In this document: positions 62,775 through 64,000 of the stretch, one piece after another
How the letters are laid out: every line of letters starts with the position of its first letter
Position numbering within the stretch: the first letter of the stretch is position 1
From: an uncultured Planctomycetia bacterium
GTDB taxonomy: Bacteria; Omnitrophota; Gorgyraeia; 2-02-FULL-51-18
Length of the DNA stretch: 64,000 nucleotides
NCBI GenBank assembly: GCA_964606485.1
Contig: CAZSGP010000003.1
Span: 270,479-334,478 of the forward strand
Direction of reading: 5' to 3'
Notes under the pieces: model-generated
What the model was told of the DNA's origin: nothing
The model's database searches: none
The model's input: only the letters and a program-made list of their open reading frames with translations
Program-made: the position numbers and the translations under genes

Positions 62775-64000
62775 TCAATCCGACTTACTGCTTGGGACGG
62801 AGGCCGATTTCCCTAAAATAATTTGGAAAATAAAAATAACATACGCCAAGGCTCCCATTGCAAAAATCGTATCCCCGGGCATGCGCATCCAACGCACAAA
62901 TTGTAAAAGCGGCGTTTGCAAAAACTCTGAACTACGAGCATACCAATACCCCTGATCGACAGAGGCCCAGGTCTGTATAAGGCCTACCGGCAAAAGGCTT
63001 AAGACGCACATCGCAAAAAGCCCGATATTCATCGACCAAAATGAAAAGCGTATTGTTTTTTCTTTCCATTCTCCACGCGGCTCATAAACTCTGAGACAAA
63101 ATAATATCAGTCCCAGTCCCAACATCCCGTACACACCAAATAATGCCGCGTGTCCGTGAAGCGGGGTTGTGTTTAGGCCCTGCATATAATACAAAGCGAT
63201 CGGAGGATTGATCATAAATCCAAAAAGTCCGGCGCCGACCATATTCCAAAAGGCCACCGCCACAAAAAAATAGATCGGCCATTTGTATTTGCGGATCCAT
63301 CCGGGCATTTGAGCACGGCGAATATTCTCCCACGCTTCAAAACCAACCAGTACTAGCGGCACAACTTCGAGCGCGCTGAAAGTGGCGCCAAACGCAAGGG
63401 CCGAAACAGGCGTGCCTGCAAAATACAAGTGATGCAGTGTTCCGATAATGCCACCAGAAAGATAGACAGTCGAAGCAAAAAGCGCGGCGCGCGCGGCATG
63501 GGTGACCTCAATCAGTCCCATCCTTGCAAATAAAAACGCGATCGTAACGGTGGCGAAAACCTCGAAAAATCCTTCCACCCAGAGATGCACCACCCACCAG
63601 CGCCAATATTCGGCAACCGTCACACTCGAATGCTGTCCGTAACAAAGTCCTGCCCCGTAAAACAAACTGATCGCAACCAACGACACAATAAAAAGGCCTA
63701 AAAGCGGCTTTTGCTCGCCTGCATTTTTGAGAGCGGGAATCAGCGATCGCACCACCATAAAAAGCCAAAGCAAGAGCCCTCCAAAAAGCGCCCACTGCCA
63801 AATGCGGCCCAAGTCCAAGTATTCATACCCTTGGTGCCCCAAATAAAACCAGCTGTCTCCCCCAAATTTTTGAAAGATGCTAAGCCATTCTCCGGCGAGT
63901 GAACCCACCACAACCACCACCAGCGCCGCGAGCAACGTCCACACTAAAAACTTTTGCCCCTTCGCCTCGCCGCCTGCAATGACGGGCGAAATAAAAAGAC
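62775..64000 (-). CDS. norB: Nitric oxide reductase large subunit NorB-like (heme-copper oxidase superfamily), C-terminal part; gene continues beyond the window end
   Basis: WWVVHLWVEGFFE, the HHLYF (His ligands) region and about 10 TM helices. The frame is open through position 64000; the GTG at 63944 is only the first in-window start. Confidence 0.7.
   Translation of the reverse strand, partial: LFISPVIAGGEAKGQKFLVWTLLAALVVVVVGSLAGEWLSIFQKFGGDSWFYLGHQGYEYLDLGRIWQWALFGGLLLWLFMVVRSLIPALKNAGEQKPLLGLFIVSLVAISLFYGAGLCYGQHSSVTVAEYWRWWVVHLWVEGFFEVFATVTIAFLFARMGLIEVTHAARAALFASTVYLSGGIIGTLHHLYFAGTPVSALAFGATFSALEVVPLVLVGFEAWENIRRAQMPGWIRKYKWPIYFFVAVAFWNMVGAGLFGFMINPPIALYYMQGLNTTPLHGHAALFGVYGMLGLGLILFCLRVYEPRGEWKEKTIRFSFWSMNIGLFAMCVLSLLPVGLIQTWASVDQGYWYARSSEFLQTPLLQFVRWMRMPGDTIFAMGALAYVIFIFQIILGKSASVPSSKSD

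Noticed and set aside
1-64000. CRISPR arrays, tRNA/rRNA genes, IS elements or transposase genes.
   Set aside because: No regularly spaced direct repeats, no cloverleaf-compatible 70-90-nt non-coding gaps and no transposase-like ORFs were seen. Non-coding DNA totals only a few hundred bp and is explained by promoters.

Overview
This is a 64-kb bacterial chromosomal segment, roughly 48-50% GC by eye. It is almost entirely protein-coding, with many 1-30 nt gene overlaps and no rRNA, tRNA, CRISPR array or transposase visible. Six functional blocks are readable from the protein sequences.

- **Legionaminic acid operon (about 0.5-14.7 kb, minus strand).** One co-directional, translationally coupled operon for a CMP-legionaminic acid-type nonulosonic acid. 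It contains a CBS-nucleotidyltransferase (PtmE-like), a sugar dehydratase/epimerase, a DegT aminotransferase, a NeuD/PglD-type N-acetyltransferase, a fused NeuC-NeuB (LegG-LegI) protein, and a CMP-nonulosonate synthetase. Tailoring genes are a WbpG/HisH/HisF-type amidotransferase trio and two methyltransferases. The operon is led by a small excisionase-type HTH gene and an LhgO-like FAD oxidase.
- **Envelope glycan-decoration locus (about 14.8-38.2 kb).** This is the most unusual region. It encodes:
  - an MBOAT plus DltD/AlgX-like O-acylation pair;
  - five clear GT-C (ArnT/PMT/YfhO-type) membrane glycosyltransferases plus one possible sixth;
  - four GT2 polyprenyl-phosphate sugar synthases (ArnC/DPM1/GtrB-like);
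  - two Acyltransf_3 O-acyltransferases;
  - two further DegT aminotransferases, a hexapeptide N-acetyltransferase, an SDR, and a TcaB9-like sugar C-methyltransferase.
  - No Wzx, Wzy, initiating phosphoglycosyltransferase or GtrA flippase is present. The content reads as several parallel Arn-like routes (lipid-linked monosaccharide plus periplasmic GT-C transferase) acting on an unknown acceptor.
- **Futalosine-pathway menaquinone operon (38.2-45.2 kb).** It includes an MqnA-family domain fused to a radical-SAM MqnE/MqnC-family domain, a second radical-SAM paralogue, and UbiX/UbiA/UbiD/UbiE homologues. A STAS-domain gene is inserted between the UbiA and UbiD homologues.
- **45.2-49.4 kb.** A GAF-GGDEF diguanylate cyclase, then a 985-aa SMC-like ATPase that lacks a recognisable hinge domain.
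- **Fatty-acid/ribosomal cluster (49.4-56.5 kb).** The conserved yceD-rpmF-plsX-fabH-fabD-fabG-acpP-fabF order, followed by fabI and coaD.
- **Housekeeping tail (56.6-64 kb).** An AsmA-like protein, RdgB/Ham1, a minimal P1B-type ATPase with a TPC(P) motif, a class I/II aminotransferase, and a partial NorB nitric-oxide reductase gene at the window edge.

All functional calls come from reading motifs and family-level similarity in the translated ORFs. No database search was run.
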